DNA of 64,000 nucleotides from an uncultured Actinomycetota bacterium. Lineage in GTDB: Bacteria > Actinomycetota > Actinomycetes > S36-B12 > UBA10799. Shown here piece after piece: positions 48,877 to 59,952 of this stretch. The notes under the pieces were generated by a model. It had not been told where the DNA came from, did no database searches, and saw nothing but the letters and a program-made list of their open reading frames with translations. The stretch spans positions 210,527 through 274,526 of the forward strand of contig CAVSZD010000011.1 of the NCBI GenBank assembly GCA_963732355.1, written 5' to 3'. Position 1 is the first letter of the stretch. The number at the start of each line of letters is the position of its first letter. A program made the position numbers and the translations under genes.

Positions 48877-49913
48877 CTGACGTCGGCCAAGTGGTCCGGA
48901 CCGACGCGGTCGGGGTCGCGCAGGGCTTCCGCGGACGTCTGCAGCGAGGTCTCCAGCACTGCCATGCGACGACTGTTATCCATGACGTTGGCGCCCATCG
49001 CCTCAAGATCCTCCGGGCCGGGGCCCAGGATCGTGACATCAGCACCACCGGCGCGCAGTTTGTCCACTTCGTGCAGGCAGCGCTTGGTCACCTGGACCCG
49101 CCAGCGGCGCTCCACCCGACCCAGCATGGTGTCCGGTTGGTCCATGGCGAAGGACAGCATCGGAGCCAGGACGTAGACCTCGTCGAGGTCCAGGCCCGCC
49201 AAGAGGTCCGCTGAGGTCGCCGACCAGGCACCGCCGTCGATGTAGGTGCGTCCGGCGATCTCCATCGGGCGGAACCAGCCAGGGATCGCACAACTTGCCA
49301 TGACCGCGTCAGACAGGGCCACTTCGGGAGCGTTGTCATGACCGAAGGCGACCCGGCGACCACTTTCGTAGTCCAGCGCCACGATCCACACGTTGTCGTG
49401 CGGTGACCACTCACCGAAGGGTGTGAACGCCTCCACCAGATGCCCCACCCGCTGCAACGAGCCCTTGCCCGCCGGCAGGAACGCCGAGAGGACCGCGGTG
49501 GGCGGCATCTTGCGCGCCCCGCCGGTCAGCGTGCGCCGGATCAGCTTCCCGCTACCCGGTCCGAGCAGCCTCGGCAGCCCCGGGCGGTGGCTGCCAGTTG
49601 CTTTCTCGTAGTCCCACGAGTACCCGGCCAGAGGACCGTCGTTGATGGCCTTGCCCCGTTGATGATCGATCAATTGCTCGACACTGACACCAGCGCCGAG
49701 CAGCGCGGACAGGACCGAACCGGCTGAGGTCCCGACGATGTAGTCGGAGTCGCGGGGGTCGAAGCCGTGCAGATCCTCGAGCGCCTTGAGCGCCCCAACC
49801 ATCCAGGCCGCACCGAGGATGCCGCCGCCACCGAGTACGAGTCCGCGTCGCGGACCAGTTCGTGAGGCCATCGCCTTCTTCAGCCTCCAATCGAGGATCA
49901 GTCTGCTGCGCAA
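48873..49913 (-). CDS. Patatin-like phospholipase
   Basis: LVLGGGGILGAAW (oxyanion Gly-rich motif), GTSAG (GxSxG), and a later DGG region (YIDGGAWS). Confidence 0.8.
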   Translation of the reverse strand: MRSRLILDWRLKKAMASRTGPRRGLVLGGGGILGAAWMVGALKALEDLHGFDPRDSDYIVGTSAGSVLSALLGAGVSVEQLIDHQRGKAINDGPLAGYSWDYEKATGSHRPGLPRLLGPGSGKLIRRTLTGGARKMPPTAVLSAFLPAGKGSLQRVGHLVEAFTPFGEWSPHDNVWIVALDYESGRRVAFGHDNAPEVALSDAVMASCAIPGWFRPMEIAGRTYIDGGAWSATSADLLAGLDLDEVYVLAPMLSFAMDQPDTMLGRVERRWRVQVTKRCLHEVDKLRAGGADVTILGPGPEDLEAMGANVMDNSRRMAVLETSLQTSAEALRDPDRVGPDHLADVS

Positions 49914-49939
49914 TCGTGATAACGCTACTCGGCGGAACG

Positions 49940-51364
49940 TTAGTCCCTTCGGACGCGTTTTGCTCGCGTACGCGTGCGTCGTGTCGTTTCGAGCAGCTCG
50001 TCCATGGCCTCTGAGAGGCAGGCCGTGAGCACGTCGATGTCATCCATCGCGTCACGATCGGCGTTCAGTCCGAAGAACACCCCGCCGTTGTACGAGGTGA
50101 GCCCGATGGTGACGGCCATACCCTTGACCAGCGGCAGCACCGGGTAGGCACCCAGCAACTGGGCTCCGGCCACATAGAGCGGCGTCTGGGGTCCGGGCAC
50201 GTTGGTCACCACGACGTTGGACACCCGCCGGGACAGGTCTCCGGCCACCCTCGCTCCCATCGCGTGCAGTGTGGGGGGCGCGAAACCAGTCAGCGCGACG
50301 ATGCTCTGAGCACCGACCATGTGGCCGCCCTCTTTGTGCTGACCCATCTCGAAGCTGATCCGGTTGAGCCGCACCACGGGATCCGGCTCGCCAGTGGGCA
50401 GATCGACGAGGAACGCCGCCACCCGGTTGCCAGGCCGGCGCTGATCGATGTCGTGGACGCTGACCGGGACCATGGCCCGGATGGTGTGCCGGGTGCCCAC
50501 GGTTTCCTGGCGGGTCATGAGCCAGGCCCGCAGCGCACCGGCGATCACGGCCAGAACCACATCGTTCACGGTGCCGCCGTGCTGGCGCCTGATCCGCTTG
50601 AAGTCCTCGAGGTCCAGCGTGGCCGTGCCGAACCGCCGCTGCGCGCCGATCGGTACATTCAGCGGGCTCTCAGCGGGCGGACGGGCCGCCGACCACAAGG
50701 CGGTGACCAGACCCCCTGCCTGCCGGAGCACCCCCGAGGCCGACTGGCTGAAGTCGTTGAAGCTCTTGCGGGCACCGTCTACCACCACCGCCGGGCGCCG
50801 GATGGTCTCCACGACCGCGCCCGCGACCAGCTCTGCCCCACTGGGCTCCTGGGAAGGGTTCCAGTGCAGATCAGGGGTGGGCTTGGGGTCTGCGGTGTTG
50901 TCCAGGATCACCTGGCCGATGTCGACGGCCGCGGTCCCGTCGATCATGGCGTGGTGGGTCTTGGTGAGGATGGCGAACCGGCCTCCCTCGAGGCCTTCGA
51001 CCAGGTACACCTCCCACAGCGGCCGCGCGCGGTCCAGCGGGCGGCTCATGATCCGGGCTGCCAGCTCCCGCAACTGGCCATCGGTGCCAGGCGAGGGCAG
51101 CGCCGAGCGGCGCACGTGGAACGCAACATCGAAGTCCTGGTCGTCGACCCACACCGGGTTGGCCAGCCGCCCCGGCACCCAGCGGATCCGCTGGCGGTAG
51201 CGGGGCACGAAAGCGATCCGGCGGCGGATCAGAGTCACCAGCCGGTCGTAGTCGAAACCCGTGTCGGGGGCCTGGAAGACGAGCACCTCACCCACGTGCA
51301 TCGGGGTGGTCTCATCCTCCAGATACAGGAAGGAGACATCCAATGCGCTCAGTCGGTCCGGCAC
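49940..51364 (-). CDS. Wax ester synthase/diacylglycerol acyltransferase (WS/DGAT)
   Basis: HHAMIDG catalytic motif. GTG 51364 gives VPDRLSALDVSFLYLEDE, the usual family N-terminus. An alternative GTG lies at 51406. The ORF-track start at 51643 overlaps the HAD gene. Confidence 0.8.
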   Translation of the reverse strand: MPDRLSALDVSFLYLEDETTPMHVGEVLVFQAPDTGFDYDRLVTLIRRRIAFVPRYRQRIRWVPGRLANPVWVDDQDFDVAFHVRRSALPSPGTDGQLRELAARIMSRPLDRARPLWEVYLVEGLEGGRFAILTKTHHAMIDGTAAVDIGQVILDNTADPKPTPDLHWNPSQEPSGAELVAGAVVETIRRPAVVVDGARKSFNDFSQSASGVLRQAGGLVTALWSAARPPAESPLNVPIGAQRRFGTATLDLEDFKRIRRQHGGTVNDVVLAVIAGALRAWLMTRQETVGTRHTIRAMVPVSVHDIDQRRPGNRVAAFLVDLPTGEPDPVVRLNRISFEMGQHKEGGHMVGAQSIVALTGFAPPTLHAMGARVAGDLSRRVSNVVVTNVPGPQTPLYVAGAQLLGAYPVLPLVKGMAVTIGLTSYNGGVFFGLNADRDAMDDIDVLTACLSEAMDELLETTRRTRTRAKRVRRD

Positions 51365-51431
51365 TGCGTCCCTGCCTTTCTGGTCGGGCGTTTCCCATTG
51401 TTCCACTCGCCGCGCCCGGCCCGCGGTCCCA

Positions 51432-52079
51432 TCAGCGCGACAGATCCACGCCGAAGAGGACATCGAGTTCGGCGGCGGTCGTCGCGTAGTCCGTGTGGTG
51501 CACACCGACCAGGCCGAGGTCTCGGGCCGCCACGATGTTGGGCATAAGGTCATCGACGAACACACACTGCTCAGCGGCGAGCCCGATGGCCTCCAGGGTG
51601 TGCTGGTAGATCTGGGCGTCCGGCTTGCGCATCCCGACCTCACCGGAGATCACGACAGCGTCGAACATGCCGTCGAACAGGTCGGTCGGATAGTTGTTGC
51701 CCCAGGAGTTGCTCAGCAGTGCGGTGCGGATGCCCTGCTCCTTGGCCCGGCGCACGTAGGCGATCATGTCCGGGCTGTGCCGGAAGAACTTGAACATGCG
51801 GTCCAGCAGTCCGGCTGCGGCGACGGTCTGCCCGGTGCGGGTGGTCAGGGAGTCGGCCAAGTGCTCCTCGAACTGCGGAACCTGCATCTCGCCGCGCTCC
51901 AACGCATGGATCGGGTTGTAGGCGGCTTCGATCGCGTAATCGCGGCCCAGCCATTCGCGCATGACCTCGATGAAGGCCGTGATGTCGATCTGCTCCTCGG
52001 CGGCCCACGCCCCCATCGCCTCAGGCATCCCGACGGTGAGCACCCCGCCCCAGTCGACGATCAGTCCTGAGAGCGGCAT
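51432..52079 (-). CDS. HAD-IA family hydrolase
   Basis: Motif I is LIVDWGGVL, motif II is LLSNS, motif III/IV is KPD..FVDD. Confidence 0.8.
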   Translation of the reverse strand: MPLSGLIVDWGGVLTVGMPEAMGAWAAEEQIDITAFIEVMREWLGRDYAIEAAYNPIHALERGEMQVPQFEEHLADSLTTRTGQTVAAAGLLDRMFKFFRHSPDMIAYVRRAKEQGIRTALLSNSWGNNYPTDLFDGMFDAVVISGEVGMRKPDAQIYQHTLEAIGLAAEQCVFVDDLMPNIVAARDLGLVGVHHTDYATTAAELDVLFGVDLSR

Positions 52080-52088
52080 ATGCCCAGG

Positions 52089-53108
52089 TTATCGGGCCAC
52101 TTCAGACACGATGGGGCCAAGGGCGTCGGCCCGGAGCGGATCCCCCAGGAAGCCGACCGCCGCTTGGGGCAGGAACTGGCCGAGCCGGTCTGCTACCCGG
52201 GCGGTTGCCGCGCGCGGATCGGCGCACTTGTTGATCACAACGGTCACGGTGCCGGTCACGGTCTCCACGACCGCGGGCAGGCTTCGCCAGAGACGCTGCT
52301 GGGCGACCTCGGTGTCACCCACCACGATGACGACGTGCTGGGCGGTTCCCAGGGCGATCATCGTGGCGGTGGTCCAGTCGGGCACAAGGCCGATGTCGGC
52401 ACCCGGATCGACCGCGCTGTCCACATCGACTATCACGTGCCGGTAGCGCCTGCGGGCAGTGGCCAGGACCTGCGCGAAGGCACCTGGGTGCACGGCCGGG
52501 TAGGCGACGGGTTCCACTCCGGTGAGCACCTGCAAGCCGGAGCCGACAGTGGCGCTGGCGAGATCGTCCACGCCGCGGTCGACGGCCAGGCAGGCCCGCA
52601 ACAGGCCGCCGATGGGCAGACCGAATCGATCCCCGATGCCAGCGGCGTGGACATTGGCGTCGAGCAGCAGGGTGGGCGCCGATGTCGTGAGGGCTTCGGC
52701 CAGAGCACACGCCACGGTCGTGACACCCCACGATCCCGGTGGGCCCCACACCGTGACCACAGCGCCGGGTGCGGGTGCAGGTTCGCCCACCGCCCGCAGA
52801 AGGCGGTTCAGGTCGGCTTCATGGGCAGGGCAGTCGCCGGTTTCTCCGACCACGACGACCGGGGCGAGCGATCGCAGCCGGGACAGGCCCTCATGCAGGC
52901 GCGGCAGGTCCTCGGGCAGGACCACCAGACCGACCGGGTCATTCTCACAACGAAGCAGGACTTCGACCATGGTGCGGCAAGCCACGACGGGCAGGCCAGC
53001 CGCCTGCGCATCTGCGGTCAGCAAGTCCTCCCACAACTTGCCGGTCCGCCCGAGCACGATCGTCAACGTCACGTTTTCCCCAGGTCCGAGTTTCGACTCT
53101 GCGGTCAT
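52089..53108 (-). CDS. ParA/MinD/CpaE-like protein with receiver-like N-domain and degenerate Walker A
   Basis: The N-terminal ~110 aa are flavodoxin-like (LTIVLGRTG..GLVVLPEDL..VVVVGE). The P-loop position reads VWGPPGSWGVTTVA, with no Lys. This is followed by LLLDAN and VIVDVD, typical ParA-fold strands. Confidence 0.6.
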   Translation of the reverse strand: MTAESKLGPGENVTLTIVLGRTGKLWEDLLTADAQAAGLPVVACRTMVEVLLRCENDPVGLVVLPEDLPRLHEGLSRLRSLAPVVVVGETGDCPAHEADLNRLLRAVGEPAPAPGAVVTVWGPPGSWGVTTVACALAEALTTSAPTLLLDANVHAAGIGDRFGLPIGGLLRACLAVDRGVDDLASATVGSGLQVLTGVEPVAYPAVHPGAFAQVLATARRRYRHVIVDVDSAVDPGADIGLVPDWTTATMIALGTAQHVVIVVGDTEVAQQRLWRSLPAVVETVTGTVTVVINKCADPRAATARVADRLGQFLPQAAVGFLGDPLRADALGPIVSEVAR

Positions 53109-53134
53109 TATGTCCCTGTGGGATCATTCCCCTC

Positions 53135-53374
53135 GTGCGCTTCCTCACTCTGGCCGACGTCGCGGAGACTCTGAACATCTCCTCGGCTCAGACCTACGCC
53201 CTGGTCAGGTCCGGGGAACTGCGCGCGATCAAGGTCGGCGGCCGGGGCCAGTGGCGGGTGGAGGCCACCGAACTCGAGGACTACATCCAACGTGCCTACG
53301 AGAAGACCGCCGCGATGTTAGCCGACGGGGATCTCGACGCGGCCGAGCACGGCGGCGACCTGCCGAAGAGGTAG
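53135..53374 (+). CDS. Excisionase/MerR-type helix-turn-helix DNA-binding protein (79 aa)
   Basis: GTG 53135 within ORF 52769..53374 gives VRFLTLADVAETLNISSAQTYALVRSGELRAIKVGGRGQWRV. Confidence 0.65.
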   Translation: MRFLTLADVAETLNISSAQTYALVRSGELRAIKVGGRGQWRVEATELEDYIQRAYEKTAAMLADGDLDAAEHGGDLPKR

Positions 53375-53824
53375 CAACTCGGGCCGACCTTCGCAGCGCA
53401 CGTGCGCGAAGTCCTGGGCGATCCACTCCAATTGCACGATGCGGCTTCCCCCGTCAGCCAGCAGCACTTCGCGCGGGATACGCCCGGCCAGATGGCGCAG
53501 GGCCTGCCTGAAGGTCAGCGGGCTGGCCGGCACCCGCTGGTCGGCTCGGCTACCGGTTCGGATGGCCGCGCATGCCTGCGCGCGCACCAGCGCACTGGGA
53601 ATCTGGAACCAGTCGTCGCCCACCGCAAGCAACTGCCCACGCAGAGTCCGTCCCGACACCTCGGCCTCGAGATCGACGTACCCGCCCAGGTAGTCGCGCA
53701 ACATCCACGAACCCCGCTGGACCTCCAGGGCGTCGCGGTGCTCGTAGTGCAGATCCAGCCGGTCGCTGGCCGTCACCTGCACCTCGATGTCGGTGAGTTC
53801 GCTCCAGTGGTCGTCCATATCCAC
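53318..53824 (-). CDS. Hypothetical protein
   Basis: 168-aa ORF with coding-like composition. It overlaps the convergent HTH gene by 57 nt. I recognise no motif. Confidence 0.45.
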   Translation of the reverse strand: MDMDDHWSELTDIEVQVTASDRLDLHYEHRDALEVQRGSWMLRDYLGGYVDLEAEVSGRTLRGQLLAVGDDWFQIPSALVRAQACAAIRTGSRADQRVPASPLTFRQALRHLAGRIPREVLLADGGSRIVQLEWIAQDFAHVRCEGRPELLPLRQVAAVLGRVEIPVG

Positions 53825-53864
53825 AACAGGCTAAACCAGTGGTCGCAATAGGCATAAGATCTGA

Positions 53865-53904
53865 ATCAAACGACATCAAACGACGCCAAATGAGATCAAA
53901 TGAA
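53865..53904. repeat. Four phased 10-bp units (ATCAAACGAC x2, GCCAAATGAG, ATCAAATGAA)
   Basis: Read directly from an unusually A/T-rich 75-bp divergent intergenic region. The last unit contains the ATG of 53900..54310. Confidence 0.7.
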
Positions 53905-54310
53905 CACACGTGCCCTTGCCCAAGCCTTTCCATGCGATGCCTGGGAGCCCGCAACCCAGCCACCGCGCACCCGCCATCTACGGCTCGTCACCGACGATCA
54001 GCCGCCCGGCCCGGACGAGGTGTGGGTGAAACGCCTGACGCAATGCCTGGTCGAGGTCCTGGCCGGGCAACGTTCGGCAGCAACCCTGGTGCGGGTACTT
54101 TCGCCCGCAGTCTTCTCCGCGTTGCGAACATGCGAGGCCGACAAACGCCTCACCGGCGGGCGAGTGGTCAGCGTTCGCACTCAGGCCCTCACCGACCAGA
54201 GCGTCGAGGTCGCCGCAGTGGTCAAGTGCGAACAGCGCACCCGAGCCGTGGCACTGCGCCTGCACCGGCGATCGGACCGGTGGCGGGTCGTCTGCCTTCT
54301 GGTCGTCTGA
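53900..54310 (+). CDS. Rv3235-like (secA-neighbour) hypothetical protein
   Basis: 136-aa ORF. The pattern ..[45 protein letters not shown] resembles the actinobacterial family found next to secA. Confidence 0.55.
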   Translation: MNTRALAQAFPCDAWEPATQPPRTRHLRLVTDDQPPGPDEVWVKRLTQCLVEVLAGQRSAATLVRVLSPAVFSALRTCEADKRLTGGRVVSVRTQALTDQSVEVAAVVKCEQRTRAVALRLHRRSDRWRVVCLLVV

Positions 54311-57093
<2,783 letters not shown>

Positions 57094-57131
57094 TGCATGT
57101 TACGTGACGACGTTGGTGGTGGGATGGGGTC

Positions 57132-57926
57132 GTGATCCGCAACACCATCGACTTCGCCCAGGGCACACTGCGACCCCTGGCTGACAGTGACGCGCAGCCC
57201 ATCGCCAAAGCGTGCGTAGACCCCGAAATCGCCCGGTGGACCCAGGTCCCGGTGCCGTACTCGCTGGCCGACGCCCGGGAGTTCATCCGGTCGCGGGCTG
57301 GGGAGGACCACGTGTGGGTCATGGACGTCGACGGGCTGGCCGGAGTTATCGGACTGCGCAACACCATGGCGACGATGCCGGGGCCCAAGACCGAGGTCGG
57401 CTACTGGGTGGCGCCGTGGGCCCGCGGGCGCGGTGTGGCGACCGCGGCACTGATCGCCGTGCGCGACGAGTGTCAGCGCGCCGGATACCAGCGCATCGAC
57501 TGGGAGGCATTGAGCGGTAACGAAGCGTCGGTGCGCGTGGCGGCCAGAGCCGGGTTCCGCATCGAAGGTGTCCGCCGACAAGGACTGGTCCAGCGAGGGC
57601 GCCTGGTCGACTCTGTGATCGGTGGCTGGACCCGGCAGCCAGTGGTGGCCGAACTGGTGGCCGGACAGTGGCAGGTCCAGCCCCTGGATCCAGAAGCCCT
57701 GCCGGCTGACCTGCGTCCCGCGGGCAGCAGTGCAGTCGCCGTCTGGGTGGCCCGCAGCGCGGTGGGCGGCAACGACAACGGGTACATCCTCGCCCTGCAG
57801 TCGCTGGCCGGGGTGCATGTGGTCGGTCAGGACGCACCTGAAGCGGCCGTCGACGCCGCCCAGCGGTACTTGCGCGCACAAGGCTGGGAAGTCACGGACG
57901 AGCCGGTTCCGCCAGGCTGGGTCTAA
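57132..57926 (+). CDS. GNAT (RimJ/RimL-like) N-acetyltransferase with ~95-aa C-terminal extension
   Basis: GTG start. VGYWVAPWARGRGVATAAL, and a GNAT fold up to about residue 165. The extension has no motif I recognise. Confidence 0.75.
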   Translation: MIRNTIDFAQGTLRPLADSDAQPIAKACVDPEIARWTQVPVPYSLADAREFIRSRAGEDHVWVMDVDGLAGVIGLRNTMATMPGPKTEVGYWVAPWARGRGVATAALIAVRDECQRAGYQRIDWEALSGNEASVRVAARAGFRIEGVRRQGLVQRGRLVDSVIGGWTRQPVVAELVAGQWQVQPLDPEALPADLRPAGSSAVAVWVARSAVGGNDNGYILALQSLAGVHVVGQDAPEAAVDAAQRYLRAQGWEVTDEPVPPGWV

Positions 57927-57935
57927 CGGGGCCGC

Positions 57936-58526
57936 TCAGCCCGGAAGCCGCAGCCAGCCGACCTGGCCCGCGCGCACAACGGCCTGGGTCCGGGACGACA
58001 CTCCGAGTTTGTTGAAGACGTGGCCGAGGTGGTTGCGGACAGTGTGTTCGGAGATGAACAAGTTGGCTGCGATCTGACGGTTGCTCATCCCCTGGGCCAG
58101 CAGCGTCGTCACCTCGAGTTCGCGGGCAGTCGGTTCGTTGGGACCACACACGGCAGCCGTCTGGCGCACGGTCACTTGACCACGGCGCAGGGACTGGACT
58201 GCCAGGATCAGGTCAGAGGGACTGCAGTCACGGGCCAGCACTTCTTTGGCGCCTGCCCGCACGAGATCCACAACCGCCCGGTCCGAGCCCGGGACACCGA
58301 TCACGATGGTCGGGGTGTGAGACCTCAGAGCCATCATGACGACATCGGCGTCCTGGGCCACGTGCCGGCGCACTCCCACGATGGCCGCGCCGTGGGGTCC
58401 TGGCCAGGCGACGGAGACATCCCACGGGCTGACGGTGGGCTCCGGGGAGAGCATGCCGTGCAGGGTTGCCACAATCCCGTGGGCGAACAAGGGCTCCGGG
58501 TCCATCACCAAGGTGCGATGGACCAC
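57936..58526 (-). CDS. LuxR/NarL-family regulator with atypical (probably non-phosphorylatable) receiver domain
   Basis: C-terminal HTH is LTARELEVTTLLAQGMSNRQIAANLFISEHTVRNHLGHVFNKLGV. The N-domain lacks the DD pair and the phospho-Asp context (LVMDPEP.., AAIVGVRRH). Confidence 0.7.
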   Translation of the reverse strand: MVHRTLVMDPEPLFAHGIVATLHGMLSPEPTVSPWDVSVAWPGPHGAAIVGVRRHVAQDADVVMMALRSHTPTIVIGVPGSDRAVVDLVRAGAKEVLARDCSPSDLILAVQSLRRGQVTVRQTAAVCGPNEPTARELEVTTLLAQGMSNRQIAANLFISEHTVRNHLGHVFNKLGVSSRTQAVVRAGQVGWLRLPG

Positions 58527-58540
58527 GGTGTTGCTGCTGG

Positions 58541-59191
58541 TCAGGCCGACTCCTCGGCGCGCTGCTCGTCGTCGGCGGTGTGCACCCGGATCAGACCGTA
58601 GTCGAACCCGCGGCGACGGTAGACCACTGCCGGGTCCCCGGACCTCTCGTCGATGAAGAGGAAGAAGTCGTGGCCGATCATCTCCATCTCAGTCACCGCC
58701 TGCTCGACGGACATGGGAACGGTCTCGTGGCTCTTCTCCCGGACAACCAGCGGGCCCTGCTCCCAGACAGTGTCCTCATCGAGGTCGACCACCTCGGCCT
58801 CGACCTCGACGGCGGGGGTCTCGAGATTGTCGAAACCTTCGGCACGAGGACTGCGCAGCGACTCAGCGCCGTGGCGGTGGTAACGGTTCTTGTCCGCGGC
58901 CCTGCGCAGACGCTGCTCGAGTCGTCCGTAGGCGATGTCCAAGGCCGCGTACTTGTCGGATGCGGCGGCTTCTGCGCGGATCACCGATCCGTTGGCCCGG
59001 GTTGTCAGTTCGACCTCGAAGGCTCGGTCGGCCAGACGCGGGTTCGCCTCTTTGGACACCTCGACGTCCACCCGCCGCAGCGGGATCCCGAATTTGTCGA
59101 TGCGCTCCAACTTGCTGTGTACGTGCTCACGGAAGCGCCGGGACACCTCAACGTGTCGGCCGTGCACCACGATCTCAGCAACGTCGCTCAC
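58541..59191 (-). CDS. hpf: Ribosome hibernation promoting factor (long HPF)
   Basis: GTG 59191 has AAGGAGG 6 nt upstream and gives VSDVAEIVVHGRHVEVSRRFREHV.. The C-terminal dimerisation domain is VVREKSHETVPMSVEQAVTEMEMIGHDFFLF. Confidence 0.85.
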   Translation of the reverse strand: MSDVAEIVVHGRHVEVSRRFREHVHSKLERIDKFGIPLRRVDVEVSKEANPRLADRAFEVELTTRANGSVIRAEAAASDKYAALDIAYGRLEQRLRRAADKNRYHRHGAESLRSPRAEGFDNLETPAVEVEAEVVDLDEDTVWEQGPLVVREKSHETVPMSVEQAVTEMEMIGHDFFLFIDERSGDPAVVYRRRGFDYGLIRVHTADDEQRAEESA

Positions 59192-59272
59192 GACAGCCCT
59201 CCTTTGGTATGCCCACACCGGGCGTCTTCACGCTAACCCTTTGCCGCCAGCCCGCGCACGTCGGGTCGAGCA

Positions 59273-59905
59273 TCACCGCCCCGCCACCACGACTCTGCCC
59301 ACCACTGTGTAACCGGCCGCGACCAGGACCCGCTCGGCTTCGCCCAAGGTTGCCCCTGAGGTTCGCACGTCGTCGATCAGGACAACCGGTCCGGCGCCGG
59401 TCCGAACCGCACGCATGGTGCCGGCGATATTGACCCGGCGGGCCGAATAGGAAAGTTGGGCAGCATCCGAACGACGCCGCGACCTCAACAACCTGACTGC
59501 CTGAAGATCCACGGCTTCCCCCGCGATCCGCGCCAGTTCCCACGTGTGGTCGAAGCCGCGCCGGCGCAGCGCCTGCGGGGTCGAAGGTGCGGGCACCAGC
59601 AATGGGTCACGGCCGCCGTGGTCTTGGGCGAGCACCAGCAACAGACCCGCCGCCAAGACCTGCGCGAGCACCGGACCCAGCGCCCGTACGCCACGATCCT
59701 TGTACCCGACGACGGCTTCGGGCACACACCCCTCATACGGGCACCCGATCACCACCGGCGGGTCGGTGGCCAGAACGACGGGGTCCACCGCAGCTGCCAG
59801 TTCGGCATCGCACTCACGGCACCACGCACGGCCGGGCGCCGAGCAGCCGACACAGGCAGACCCGAAGATCAGCGAAACCGCGGCATCAGCCCACGCACCC
59901 ACCAT
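59273..59905 (-). CDS. ComF-family phosphoribosyltransferase
   Basis: ATG 59905 within ORF 59273..60727. Zn-finger-like CVGCSAPGRAWCRECD. PRT motif VVLIDDVRTSGATL. Confidence 0.75.
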   Translation of the reverse strand: MVGAWADAAVSLIFGSACVGCSAPGRAWCRECDAELAAAVDPVVLATDPPVVIGCPYEGCVPEAVVGYKDRGVRALGPVLAQVLAAGLLLVLAQDHGGRDPLLVPAPSTPQALRRRGFDHTWELARIAGEAVDLQAVRLLRSRRRSDAAQLSYSARRVNIAGTMRAVRTGAGPVVLIDDVRTSGATLGEAERVLVAAGYTVVGRVVVAGR

Positions 59906-59952
59906 CTGATGATGCACTCGGTGCGAGCGACCAACTGGACCTGTGGAAAAGA

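Noticed and set aside
54181-54310. 3' extension of the SecA ORF overlapping the Rv3235-like gene
   Set aside because: It is out-of-frame read-through caused by the frame break. The genuine SecA C-terminus ends at 54311 in another frame.
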